Shown: positions 1-11,100 of the stretch, piece by piece
Position numbering within the stretch: position 1 is the first letter of the stretch
Layout: each line of letters begins with the position of its first letter
From: Mustelus asterias
Lineage: Eukaryota
Direction of reading: 5' to 3'
Length of the DNA: 64,000 nucleotides
NCBI RefSeq assembly: GCF_964213995.1
Contig: NC_135828.1
Coordinates: 30,504,001-30,568,000 of the forward strand
Position numbers and translations under genes: made by a program
The notes under the pieces: generated by a model
Told to the model about the DNA's origin: nothing
The model's input: the letters and a program-made list of their open reading frames with translations, nothing else
The model's database searches: none

Positions 1-562
1 TTAAACCAAGAAGATTGGAAAATAGATCATCAATTTAATTTGACAGTATAATTTTTAGCTGTGTGGAAATTGCCTGCCCAAGTTCCTACATTTCAACAGT
101 GATTGTTTTGTGATCACGGTTCACTAGCTTAACGATGCTTTGGGAATTCCTGAGATCCTGACAATCACAGTGGGAATTCTGTTCCCCTTTCTTAGAAGAT
201 GTAATTTTCTCTGTCCTCAGAATTACCTGTAAGAATCCGCTCTACCCTAAAACAACACACGGAATAAATCTCCCATTCAGATGGAATTGCCACTGCTTGC
301 GTGGTAATTTCTATTCAATGACCAAGCAAACAAAACTACTTTGATCGAATAATAAAAATTAGTAGGACAAATAAAGGCACTAATCTCATGGGTCCTGAGA
401 CTTCTGTTTACCACACCGATCTTATTGTGCTCATTATCTTACACATTAAATTGCAAATGCTACTTTTGCCAATATGTTTCCGATTTGTTTTTGAAAGTTA
501 GGATTGGACCTATATATTTCAGTCTTTGAAGAACTGCATTTCAGGCGGCAAGCACTCTACTA

Positions 563-990
563 CGTACAACAAAAACCTTCTCAGAACCAACCTGTTGCTG
601 TTGCTGATCACATTCAATCTGTGCGCCTCTGGTTAGCGATCTCACTACTCGGGATGGAAATTTCTACTTGTTGACTCTGTCAATCACCACGTGATTTGGA
701 AAATCTCCACTGAAACCTCTCACCAACTTCCCGGATTTGAGGAGACAAAATAATGGATATCTCCAGAATGTACGTATATGGCAGCCAGAAAGGAGCCTTG
801 CAGCAGGTATATCTGGACACCGCAATGCATAAGTTCTCATCCAAGTCATGCAACTTTCCGATAACGAACGACATCACCGTCCCTCCACTTTCGCAGGATT
901 AATTCCAGGAATTCCCTCCCGACAGGACTGTGGATGCACCTCCAACAAATGGGATTTATTAGTTCCAGAAGACTACTCGCCACCAGCTAC
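563..990 (+). pseudogene. Possible highly decayed V-segment relic (leader-like exon plus fragments of V framework)
   Basis: Hydrophobic leader-like frame (NLLLLLITFNLCAS, then G|GTTAG at ~631) with no ATG. Downstream fragments MYVYGSQKGALQQVY and TNGIY*F loosely resemble WYRQ and DxxxYYC. No convincing RSS. Confidence 0.25.
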
Positions 991-1178
991 GGAAGATCGT
1001 GAGGGACGGCCTAGCCAAGGAAGCCCACATCCCATGAACAAATTAACAGAGTAAATTTTGCCTCTGAAACTATTTCAATTTTCTACTTCAAGCTTGTACA
1101 TAATTCATTCTTACCTTTACATATCAGAAGTAACCTGTTTTGATAAACAAGGTAATATCCTGTTGAGTGCGGTTCCAA

Positions 1179-1188
1179 TGACATCACT
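1179..1188 (-). promoter_or_regulatory. TRBV promoter CRE-like decamer
   Basis: TGACATCACT (reverse complement AGTGATGTCA, the V-beta decamer consensus), starting 110 bp upstream of the leader ATG at 1289. Confidence 0.6.
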
Positions 1189-1288
1189 CCCGCACCAACC
1201 ATACAATGAAGTTCAGCAGCAAAAGGACTGCTAGTCCCAGAGCAGGGCAAAACTGGAAGTTTGAAATGACCATTGAAATACCAGCATC

Positions 1289-1334
1289 ATGGCATGGTCT
1301 GTTTATCTATGTCCACTGCAGTTGCTGCTACCAG
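1289..1334 (+). pseudogene. TRBV: Leader exon of TRBV pseudogene
   Basis: 46 nt, MAWSVYLCPLQLLLP + G|GTGAC phase-1 donor. Same length and GCATC-ATG context as the leader at 6711. Confidence 0.8.
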
Positions 1335-3057
1335 GTGACGGTTAATACTTATAGGGGAATTTACCTTCCAATTTAATGGTTATTGGCAACATCAGTGCAC
1401 ATTGCTGAACTGATATTTCTATCGGTGAGATCAGTTAGAGCATTGATTACTCTTTTGCCAAATAATATAAGTTTCTATTATGGAAATCGACGCAGTTACG
1501 TTCTATAACAGTAACTTGCATTAATACACGAAAGCAAAATATATGCAAGACAAATGTCGGACAGTTTGGGAGTAGACATAATTATAATGTTCCTTGGGAG
1601 CCTATGTGGGCACAGTTACAACCTCAGTAAGTCGAGTCAGGAAGTCTCTCTATATTTTTTTATGGCTCCAGTGCATCTCTCGCGAAACAGGGTTAGTAGC
1701 GTGGAATATGGAAACCCGGTAAGTTTTTGTATTCAACGGAAATATGCATTGATACCAAAAGCATCGACACATCGCCATTAATGTCAAGATATGGAGACAC
1801 TGTGTGTCCAGACCTTACCGTCCTCTTGCGTGCCTCATGGCGATGATCAGCTGAGACCTTGTGAGATTTAACAAAAACTTTCTCCCTACCCTTAATGTGC
1901 AAGTTCAAATTTGATCTGTTTCTCATGTTCCTCTGTGGCCACTGGTTGGATTGTTCCGGTCTCCCAGTGGGCGAAGCGATTGTCTATTATAGAGAGGAAG
2001 ACCGCAGAAATGTGCTTTTACCAGAATGACACCAGCGAGGCCTACAAATTCTGGTATCGGCAACGCAAAAGAGCAGGATTGCAGCTCATAGTCCCTCTCA
2101 GACCACACCTGAAGGCAGCTTCACTGATATAATTCAAGTTCAGTAAGAAGTTTAACAACACCAGGTTAAAGTCCAACAGGTTTATTTGGTAGCAAAAGCC
2201 ACACAAGCTTTCGAGGCTCTGAGCCCCTTCTTCAGGTGAGTGGGAATTCTGTTCACAAACAGAACTTATAAAGACACAGACTCAATTTACATGAATAATG
2301 GTTGGAATGCGAATACTTACAACTAATCCAGTCTTTAAGAAACAAAACAATGGGAGTGGAGAGAGCATCAAGACAGGCTAAAAAGATGTGTATTGTCTCC
2401 AGACAAGACAGCCAGTGAAACTCTGCAGGTCCACGCAACTGTGGGAGTTACAAATAGTGTGACATCAACCCAATATCCCGGTTGAGGCCGTCCTTGTGTG
2501 TGCGGAACTTGGCTATCAGTTTCTGCTCAGCGACTCTGCGCTGTCGTGTGTCGCGAAGGCCGCCTTGGAGAACGCTTACCCGAATATCAGAGGCCGAATG
2601 CCCGTGACCGCTGAAGTGCTCCCCAACAGGAAGAGAACAGTCTTGCCTGGTGATTGTCGAGCGGTGTTCATTCATCCGTTGTCGCAGCGTCTGCATAGTT
2701 TCCCCAATGTACCATGCCTCGGGACATCCTTTCTTGCAGCGTATCAGGTAGACAACGTTGGCCGAGTTGCAAGAGTATGTACCGTGTACCTGGTGGATGG
2801 TGTTCTCACGTGAGATGATGGCATCTGTGTCGATGATCCGGCACGTCTTGCAGAGGTTGCTGTGGCAGGGTTGTGTGGTGTCTTGGTCACTGTTCTCCTG
2901 AAGGCTGGGTAGTTTGCTGCGGACAATGGTCTGTTTGAGGTTGTGCGGTTGTTTGAAGGCAAGAAGTGGGGGTGTGGGGATGGCCTTGGCGAGATGTTCG
3001 TCTTCATCAATGACATGTTGAAGGCTCCGGAGGAGATGCCGTAGCTACGGCATCTCC

Positions 3058-4813
3058 AATATAAAGAGGGGATCTTATTGAAGCATTGAACCAATATTTC
3101 TCTTCGGTGTTCACGCAAGGGGACATGAATATAGCTGAGGAGGACACTGGGTTGCAAGGGAGTAGAATAGACAGTATTACAGTTGATAAGGAGGATGTGC
3201 AGGATATTCTGGAGGGTCTGAAAATAGATAAATCCCCTGGTCCGGATGGGATTTATCCAAGGATTCTCTGGGAGGCAAGAGAAGTGATTGCAGAGCCTCT
3301 GGCTCTGATCTTCAGGTCGTCGTTGGCCTCTGGTATAGTACCAGAAGATTGGAGGTTAGCGAATGTTGTCCCATTGTTTAAGAAGGGGAACAGAGACTTC
3401 CCCGGGAATTATAGACCGGTGAGTCTCACTTCTGTTGTCGGCAAGATGTTGGAAAAAATTATAAGGGATAGGATTTATAGTTATTTGGAGAGTAATGAAT
3501 TGATAGGTGATAGTCAGCATGGTTTTGTGGCAGGTAGGTCGTGCCTTACTAACCTTATTGAGTTTTTTGAGAAAGTGACCAAGGAGGTGGATGGGGGCAA
3601 GGCAGTGGACGTGGTATATATGGATTTTAGTAAGGCGTTTGATAAGGTTCACCATGGTAGGCTTCTGCAGAAAATGCAGATGTATGGGATTGGGGGTGAT
3701 CTAGGAAATTGGATCAGGAATTGGCTAGCGGATAGGAAACAGAGGGTGGTGGTTGATAGTAAATATTCATCATGGAGTGCGGTTACAAGTGGTGTACCTC
3801 AGGGATCTGTTTTGGGGCCACTGCTGTTTGTAATATTTATTAATGATCTGGATGAGGGTATAGTTGGGTGGATTAGCAAATTTGCTGATGACACCAAAGT
3901 CGGTGGTGTGGTAGACAGTGAGGAAGGGTGTCGTAGTTTGCAGGAAGACTTAGACAGGTTGCAAAGTTGGGCCGAGAGGTGGCGGATGGAGTTTAATGCG
4001 GAGAAGTGTGAGGTAATTCACTTTGGTAGGAATAACAGATGTGTTGAGTATAGGGCTAACGGGAGGACTTTGAATAGTGTGGAGGAGCAGAGGGATCTAG
4101 GTGTATGTGTGCATAGATCCCTGAAAGTTGGGAATCAAGTAGATAAGGTTGTTAAGAAGGCATATGGTGTCTTGGCGTTTATTGGTAGGGGGATTGAATT
4201 TAGGAGTCGTAGCGTTATGTTGCAACTGTACACAACTCTGGTGCGGCCGCACTTGGAGTACTGTGTGCAGTTCTGGTCCCCACATTACAGGAAGGATGTG
4301 GAGGCTTTGGAAAGGGTGCAGAGGAGGTTTACCAGGATGTTGCCTGGTATGGAGGGGAGATCCTATGAGGAGAGGCTGAGGGATTTGGGATTGTTTTCGC
4401 TGGAAAGGCGGCGGCTAAGAGGGGATCTTATTGAAACATATAAGATGATTAGAGGTTTAGATAGGGTGGATAGTGATAGCCTTTTTCCTCTGATGGAGAA
4501 ATCCAGCACGAGGGGGCATGGCTTTAAATTGAGGGGGGGTAGTTATAGAACCGATGTCAGGGGTAGGTTCTTTACCCAGAGGGTGGTGAGGGATTGGAAT
4601 GCCCTGCCAGCATCAGTAGTAAATGCGCCTAGTTTGGGGGCGTTTAAGAGATCCGTAGATAGGTTCATGGACGAAAAGAAATTGGTTTAGGTTGGAGGGT
4701 CACAGTTTTTTTTTTTTTATTTATTTATTTTTTTTAACTGGTCGGTGCAACATCGTGGGCCGAAGGGCCTGTTCTGCGCTGTAATGTTCTATGTTCTATG
4801 TTCTATGTTCTAT
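3058..4813 (+). mobile_element. 5'-truncated CR1-type LINE nested in the Penelope element
   Basis: Uninterrupted RT ORF, 3' GGGCCGAAGGGCC stem-loop and (TTCTATG)n tail. Confidence 0.92.
3086..4690 (+). CDS. CR1 LINE ORF2 reverse transcriptase (5'-truncated, open)
   Basis: KSPGPDG, NYRPVSLTS, QHGF, DFSKAFD, GVPQGSVLGP, FADD motifs; 534 aa with no stops. Confidence 0.9.
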   Translation: MNQYFSSVFTQGDMNIAEEDTGLQGSRIDSITVDKEDVQDILEGLKIDKSPGPDGIYPRILWEAREVIAEPLALIFRSSLASGIVPEDWRLANVVPLFKKGNRDFPGNYRPVSLTSVVGKMLEKIIRDRIYSYLESNELIGDSQHGFVAGRSCLTNLIEFFEKVTKEVDGGKAVDVVYMDFSKAFDKVHHGRLLQKMQMYGIGGDLGNWIRNWLADRKQRVVVDSKYSSWSAVTSGVPQGSVLGPLLFVIFINDLDEGIVGWISKFADDTKVGGVVDSEEGCRSLQEDLDRLQSWAERWRMEFNAEKCEVIHFGRNNRCVEYRANGRTLNSVEEQRDLGVCVHRSLKVGNQVDKVVKKAYGVLAFIGRGIEFRSRSVMLQLYTTLVRPHLEYCVQFWSPHYRKDVEALERVQRRFTRMLPGMEGRSYEERLRDLGLFSLERRRLRGDLIETYKMIRGLDRVDSDSLFPLMEKSSTRGHGFKLRGGSYRTDVRGRFFTQRVVRDWNALPASVVNAPSLGAFKRSVDRFMDEKKLV

Positions 4814-4980
4814 GACTTTAACCTGGTGTTGTTAAACGTCTTACTGTGTTTACCCCAGTCCAACGCCGGCATCTCCACATCATAATTCAAGTTAGCAGAA
4901 CCGAGTTCATGGATTGCAGTCTGAAAATACAACGCATGGAGCCGACTGGCACGGCTGTTTATTAATGCCCTGTTAGTGAC

Positions 4981-5019
4981 GACAATGGCTTTAACAGTTG
5001 CCGGACTGGGTCAATAACA
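4981..5019 (+). promoter_or_regulatory. Defective 23-RSS of the TRBV pseudogene
   Basis: GACAATG (essential CAC mutated), 23-bp spacer, TCAATAACA. Confidence 0.75.
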
Positions 5020-5317
5020 CCTCTCCATTGTTAAATTTGTTCCCGGTTTTGGGACAACATTTAGTGGATCACTGAATCCCACAGCATTCCAAGACTGCCC
5101 GAGTAACGAATCAAACGCCAGGGCGATATTCACTACTTTGCAATCAGTGGAAGTTTGCAGTCATGGCGAACGAATTATTCTGTTTTTCCCAGTTCTCTTT
5201 TTCAAAGCTGCTACCAGTTTGATCTCGCTTCTTCTCTGCCCGCAACGGACTCCGTATGTATCTTTTAAAAATATATTTCCAAAACTCTTCTCCGAATTGC
5301 TCTTCAATCTGCTTCCC

Positions 5318-5729
5318 ATGATGTGGAGATGCCGGCGTTGGACTGGGGTAAACACAGTAAGTAATCCCACGACACCAGGTTAAAGTCCAACAGGTTTATT
5401 TGGTAGCAAAAGCCACTAGCTTTCGGAGTGCTGCTCCTTCATCAGGTGAGTGAGATTTCAGTTCACAAACAGGGCATATAAAGACACAAACTCAATTTAC
5501 AAAATAATGGCTGGAATGCGAGTCTTTACAGGTAATCAAGTCTTAAAGGTACAGACACTCTGAGTGGAGAGAGGGTTAAGCACAGGTTAAAGAGATGTGT
5601 ATTGTCTCCAGCCAGGACAGTTAGTGAGATTTTGCAAGCCCAGGCAAGTCGCGGGGGTTACAGATAGTGTGACATGAACCGAAGATCCCGGTTGAGGCCG
5701 TCCTCATGTGTGCAGAACGTGGCTAACTA
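5318..5729 (-). mobile_element. Penelope-like element 3' fragment (related subfamily)
   Basis: Homologous to 2141-2520 and includes the terminal tail. TSD CAATCTGCTTCC at 5305-5316 and 5730-5741. Confidence 0.88.
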
Positions 5730-5889
5730 CAATCTGCTTCCACCAGCCCTTCAGGAAATCTGCTCCAGATCTTAAATGGTCAATTATTTAAAGAGGAAAG
5801 GTATCTTCAGCCGCCGGTCTGTTGCTCTTTTATGGATCTACTTTAATATTATCCCCTGTTGTCAATGGATTCTGTTTCTAAGCCTTACT

Positions 5890-6213
5890 AGAATCCATTC
5901 TGTGCAGAAGCAGGCCATTCGGCCGATCAAATCTGCATCGACTATCCGACAGAGCATTTTACCCGAACCCACCCACGCTCTAAACCGCTAATCTTTCTAA
6001 GCTACACAGTTTTGGACACGAAGGGACAATTTCGCATGGCCAATCGACCTTACTTGCACATCTCTGACTGTAGGAGGAAACCGTAGCACACAGAGGAAAC
6101 CCACGCAGATACGAGGAGAACGTGCAGACTCCGCACAGAATGGCGGAATTGAACCCGGGTCCCTGGCGTAGGGAGGCAGCAGTTGTGGGGCTGACCACTG
6201 TGGCACCGTGCCG
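5890..6213 (-). mobile_element. tRNA-derived SINE (diverged)
   Basis: Minus-strand head CGGCACGGTG..GGTTCAATTCC; homologous to 19999-20336. Confidence 0.75.
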
Positions 6214-6600
6214 ACCTTTCCTCTATCAAATACTCATTACATTTTCCAACGTATCTGCAGGATCCTCTTCTAGTTTTCTCTATTATAGGATATTCCTGTT
6301 TCGACATTCCTACTATTACTGCATCTAATGGGAAGTCAAGCTTGGTTACGCAAGTGACAAATCCTGAGAGGCCGAGTGGAAAACTGCAGCTCACTCCGAG
6401 AGAGGTTTGCTGTCCCTCCAGGTCATATACCTCTTCAGACACCACATTTTTGTCAGCCCTTCCTATCCTTGTGAGCATCCCACTGAGCTGCAACATTGTA
6501 CTACCACGCGCTGACTTCATTCACCCGGTATTCGCACACAAAAATGCGCCGTCTGTTTGGCTTCCAGGAAGAGAGGGGCGTTATATTTGCTGCTCTCAAA

Positions 6601-6610
6601 TGACGCAATT
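6601..6610. promoter_or_regulatory. CRE-like element upstream of the intact TRBV
   Basis: TGACGCAATT, starting 110 bp upstream of the ATG at 6711, the same offset as the decamer of the pseudogene. Confidence 0.5.
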
Positions 6611-6710
6611 TCCACTGTCTGGCCAAGATTGCGTCGCGGGGTACTATCATTGCACTTCATGGAAAAATAACGCAGTTGAAATGTTGACTGGACAGTTAAG
6701 TAGCTGCATC

Positions 6711-6756
6711 ATGCGTCGTACTCTTTTCATACACTTACTGTTGCTGCTGCTCCCAG
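6711..6756 (+). CDS. TRBV: TRBV leader exon
   Basis: MRRTLFIHLLLLLLP + G|GTTAG. Phase 1 splices in frame to the acceptor CTACAG|7165. Confidence 0.9.
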
Positions 6757-7164
6757 GTTAGCACCCAGCCTAGTATGACCCGTTGGGCCAATCTTAATCT
6801 CTTTTGACAATCTCGTTCTTGCTACTATAGGAATTATTGATTCAGTTAGAATGTTTCACAAATCTGTCGTTGCGTTAAGCTTAAGTTCTTCGGGTGGAAT
6901 ACCCGTTGTCTCATAGGCTGGAAAATAATTGCAGTTCCAGATTGCGAACGATACATGCAGCATTTTCTAAATGCAAAGTATTTGCTGATCTACTGTCAAA
7001 GAGCATGGAGGTGGGATTAATGAGAACGCTATTGTAAAAAGCTTGGACAGGCACAAACTGGCAAAGCGAGTGCAGTTTTCACCTTGAATTTGATGGAACT
7101 TCGGCTCTATTCTTACTTTAACATTTAATATTTGATCCTTTCTGTTCCTCATATTCCTCTACAG

Positions 7165-7466
7165 TTGGTTGCAGGAGCACTGTCGTCTCTCAGTGGCCGA
7201 CCCATTTGTCCCTTGAAAAGGAGAAGATTGCGGAGATGCACTGTTACCAGAACGATACCAGCGAGACCTACATGAACTGGTACCGTCAGAAGGTCGGAGC
7301 GGGTTTGCAACTGATAGTTGCCTCGGTTCTCGGCTCCAATGGCACGACTGAGGATGGTTTCTCAGAGAGGTTTCAAGCCACCAGACCCTCTGTTAAATCC
7401 TGCAGCCTGAAAATATTGAGCGTGGATCAGACCGATACTGCAGTTTATTACTGCGCTGCTAGTGGT
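7165..7466 (+). CDS. TRBV: T-cell receptor beta variable segment, V exon (intact)
   Basis: VSQWP..EMHCYQNDTSETYMNWYRQKVGAGLQLI..RF..SCSLKI..DTAVYYCAAS, with both canonical Cys and the Trp, followed directly by an RSS. Confidence 0.95.
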
Positions 7467-7505
7467 CACAGTGATCGAAAGGGGTGTAGGGCTGTATCAA
7501 AAACT
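7467..7505 (+). promoter_or_regulatory. 23-RSS of TRBV
   Basis: CACAGTG, 23-bp spacer, TCAAAAACT. Confidence 0.95.
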
Positions 7506-7799
7506 TCTTCATGACTTTGAGCTCTCGTATCGACGTTAGTTCGGACCCACAGGGGAACTAGTTCCACCAGGGGTAGGGCAGGGCGGCAGGCGGAGGAAAG
7601 GGGATGTGACCCTGTGCTCTTTGCAGGAACATAATCTACAATGGCGAACCACTTCCATGCCCCCCCATCCCCATTGCCACTCTGACACCCAACAGGCTCA
7701 TTGCTGTGGCAGTATATTACCCTTACCTGCATTTCCTAGCCCGGAGCGCTAGGTAGAGGATTTTCCAATGCGACTCACTTGAACAAAGACACACGAAAT

Positions 7800-8083
7800 T
7801 CGTGCAGTGCAGCAGAAGGCCATTCGCCCATCCTGTCTGCACGGACCCTGCGAAATGCACTCTTCCAAGCCCTCTCCCCTGTCCTGATCCAGTAACCCCG
7901 CGTATTGCTCATGACCAATCCACCTAACCTGCACATCTTTGGGGCTGTGACAGGAATCCGGAGCACTCGGAGGAAACCCACTCAGACACTGGGTGAACGT
8001 GCGACAGTGAACCAAACCGGCAATAAATCTCGGGTCCCTGGCGCTGTGAGGCAGCAGTGCTATACACTGTACCACCGTGATGC
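7800..8083 (-). mobile_element. tRNA-derived SINE (diverged)
   Basis: Homologous to the other SINE copies (GGCATCACGGTGGTACAGTG..CAGGGACCCGAG head on -). Confidence 0.7.
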
Positions 8084-8187
8084 CCTTGTTTCTGTCACTT
8101 GTATGACGAGAAGTCGCTCGTCTCTCCCTTACCGCCTGTTATTGGCGTCAAGGGAGCGTGTCAACTTGAGTGTTGATACTCAGCATT

Positions 8188-11100
8188 TAGAAACATAGAA
8201 ACATAGAAAAACTACAGCACAAAATAGGCCCTTCGGCCCCACAAGTTGTGCCGAACATATCCCTACCTTTTAGGCCTACCTATAACCCTCCACCTATTAA
8301 GTCCCATGTACTCATCCAGGAGTCTCTTAAAAGACCCTATTGAGTTTGCCTCCACCACCACTGACGGCAGCCGATTCCACTCGCCCACCACCCTCTGTGT
8401 GAAAACCTTCCCCCTAACATTTCCCCTGTACCTACCCCCCAGCACCTTAAACCTGTGTCCTCCCGTAGCAGCCATTTCCACCCTGGGAAAAAGCCTCTGA
8501 GAGTCCACCCGATCTACGCCTCTCAACATCTTATATACCTCTATTAGGTTTCCTCTCATCCTACGTCTCTCCAAGGAGAAAAGACCAAGCTCCCTCAGCC
8601 TATCCTCAGAAGGCATGCCACTCAATCCGGGCAACATCCTTGTAAATCTCCTCTACGCCCTTTCAAACTTTTCCACATCCTTCCTGCAATGAGGCGACCA
8701 GAACTGAGCACAGTACTCCAAGTGGGGTCTGACGAGGGTCTTATATAGCTGCACCATTATCCCCGGACTCCGAAACTCAATCCCCCGATTGATAAAGGCC
8801 AGCACACCATATGCCTTCTTAACCACCTCCTCCACCTGCGGGGCCGATTTTAGAGTCCTATGGACCCGGACCCCAAGGTCCTTCTGATCCTCTACATGAC
8901 TAAGAGACTTTCCCTTTATATTGTACTCCTTCATCCCATTTGGAGTAAGCGGAAAGTCTGCAGAGAGATTTGAATAGGCTGAGTGAATGGGCGAAGATCT
9001 GGCAGATGGAGTATAACGTTGGCAAATGCGAGGTTATTCACTTTGGAAGAAATAATCGCAAATTGGACTTTATTTAAATGGAAAAAATTACAACATGCTA
9101 CTGTGCAAAGGGACCTGGGGGTCCTTGTGCATGAGTCTCAAAAACTCAGTCTGCAAGTACAACAGGTGATCAAGAAGGCAAATGGGATGTTGGCATTTAT
9201 CGCGAGGGGGATAGAATATAAAAGCAGAGAAGTCTTGCTGCATCTGTACAAGGCATTGGTGAGGCCGCAGCTGGAATAGTGTGTGCAGTTTTGGTCCCCT
9301 TACCTGCGAAAGGATATATTGGCCTTGGAGGGAGTGCAGAGAAGGTTCAGCAGGTTGATACCGGAGATGAGGGGTGTATATTATGAGGAGCGATTGAGCA
9401 GATTAGGTTTGTACTCGTTGGAGTTGAGAAGGCTGAGGGGTGATCTTATAGAGGCATATAAGATGATGAAGGGGCTGAAAATGGTAGAAGTGGAGAGATT
9501 CTTTCCAATTAGAAAGGCAACCAGAACTGGAGGACACAGCCTCAAAATAAAGGGGGGTCAGTTTAGGACAGAGTTGAGGAGGAACTTCTTCTCTCAGAGG
9601 GTGATGAATCTCTGGAATCCTCTGCCCACTGAAGTGGTGGAGGCTACCTCGTTGAATATGTTTAAGTCACGGATAGATGGATTTCTGATCGGTAGGGGAA
9701 TTAAGGGTTATGGGGAGCAGGCGGGTAAGTGGAACTAATTTACTTCAGATCAGCCATGATCTTATTGAATGGCGGGGCAGGCTCGAAGGGCTGGATGGCC
9801 TACTCCTGCTCCTATTTCTTATGTTCTTATGTTCACCTGCTAAAATGGACCACTATGCATTTATCTGGGTTGAAGTCCATCTGCCACTTATCCGCCCAGT
9901 CGTGCATCCTATCTATGTCCCTCTGTAACTTCTGACATCCCTCCAGACTATCCACAACCCCACCAACCTTCGTGTCATCGGCAAACTTACCAACCCATCC
10001 CTGCACTTCCTCATCCAGGTCATTTATGAAAATGACAAACAGCAAGAGTCCCAGATCAGATCCCTGGGGCACACCACTGGTGACTGACCTCCATTTAGAA
10101 AAAGACCCGTCTATACCCACTCTCTGCCTCCTTTGGGCAAGCCCGTTCTGGATGAACAGGGCAGCAGCCACTTGGATCCCATGCCCTCGCACATTTTCTA
10201 GAAGCCTTGCTTGGGGGACCTTATCGAACGCCTTGCTAAAATCCATATAAACCACATCAACCACTTTCCCTTCGTCAATGTGTTTAGTCACATTATCGAA
10301 GTACTCCACCAGGCTCGTAACGCAAGATCTGCCTTTGACAAAGCCATGCTGAGTGTTCTTGAGCATACTAAACCTCTCTAAATGCTCATAAATCTTGTCC
10401 CTCAGGATCTTCCCCATCATCTTACCAACCACTGAGGTTAGACCCACCGGTCGGTAATTTCCTGGGCTATCCCCATTCCCCTTCTTGAAAATAGGAACCA
10501 CATCCGCAGTCCTCCAATCCTCCGGCACCTCTCCCGTGTCCATCGATGATGCAAAGATCATTGCCAGAGGCTCTGCAATCTCTTCCCTCGCCTCCCCCAG
10601 TAACCTGGGGTACATCCCATCCAGACCCGACGACTTATCTGTCGTAAGGCCATTCAAAGGTTCCAGCACAACCTCTTTCTTAAAGTCCACATACTCAGTC
10701 TTTTCAGTCCACCGCAAGCCCGCAGTACATCCACCCAGGTCCTTTTCCTCTGTGAAAACCGAGGCAAAATACTCATTAAGCACCTCTGCCATTTCTACTG
10801 GTTCCGTACAGACTTTTCCGCCTTCACCTTTTATAGGCCCTTTTCTTTCACGTGTCATCCTTTTACTTTTCACATATTTATAGAACGCCTTAGGGTTCTG
10901 CTTAATCCTACCTGCCAAGGCCTTCTCGTGACCCCTTCTGGCTCTCCTAATTTCCTTCTTTAGTTCCTTCCTACAAGCCGTATACTCATCGAGATCCCTA
11001 TCTTCACCAAACTCTCTGAACCTTTTGCACGCTTTCCTTTTCTATTCGACCAGATCCCGCACAGCTTTCGTGCACCATGGTTCCTTTAACCTACCAACAC

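Larger units (their letters stand above)
2141..4883. mobile_element. Penelope-like retroelement, inverted structure (left arm 2141-3044 on -; right arm remnants 3045-3057 and 4814-4883 on +)
   Basis: Minus-strand frame encodes NVVYLIRC...WYIGET...LNRD (GIY-YIG endonuclease; ORF 2448-2696 is its C-terminus). TSD ATAATTCAAGTT at 2129-2140 and 4882-4893. Confidence 0.9.
1939..4980 (+). pseudogene. TRBV: TRBV pseudogene V exon, split into 1939-2140 and 4894-4980 by a Penelope/CR1 insertion
   Basis: VSQW..AEMCFYQNDTSEAYKFWYRQ..GLQLI and DCSLKI..TAVY*C are collinear with the intact V. Lesions: acceptor AG>GG (1937-38), first Cys codon TGT>TTT, frameshift/deletion in CDR2, TAA at 4963-65 in the YYC motif. 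Confidence 0.9.
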
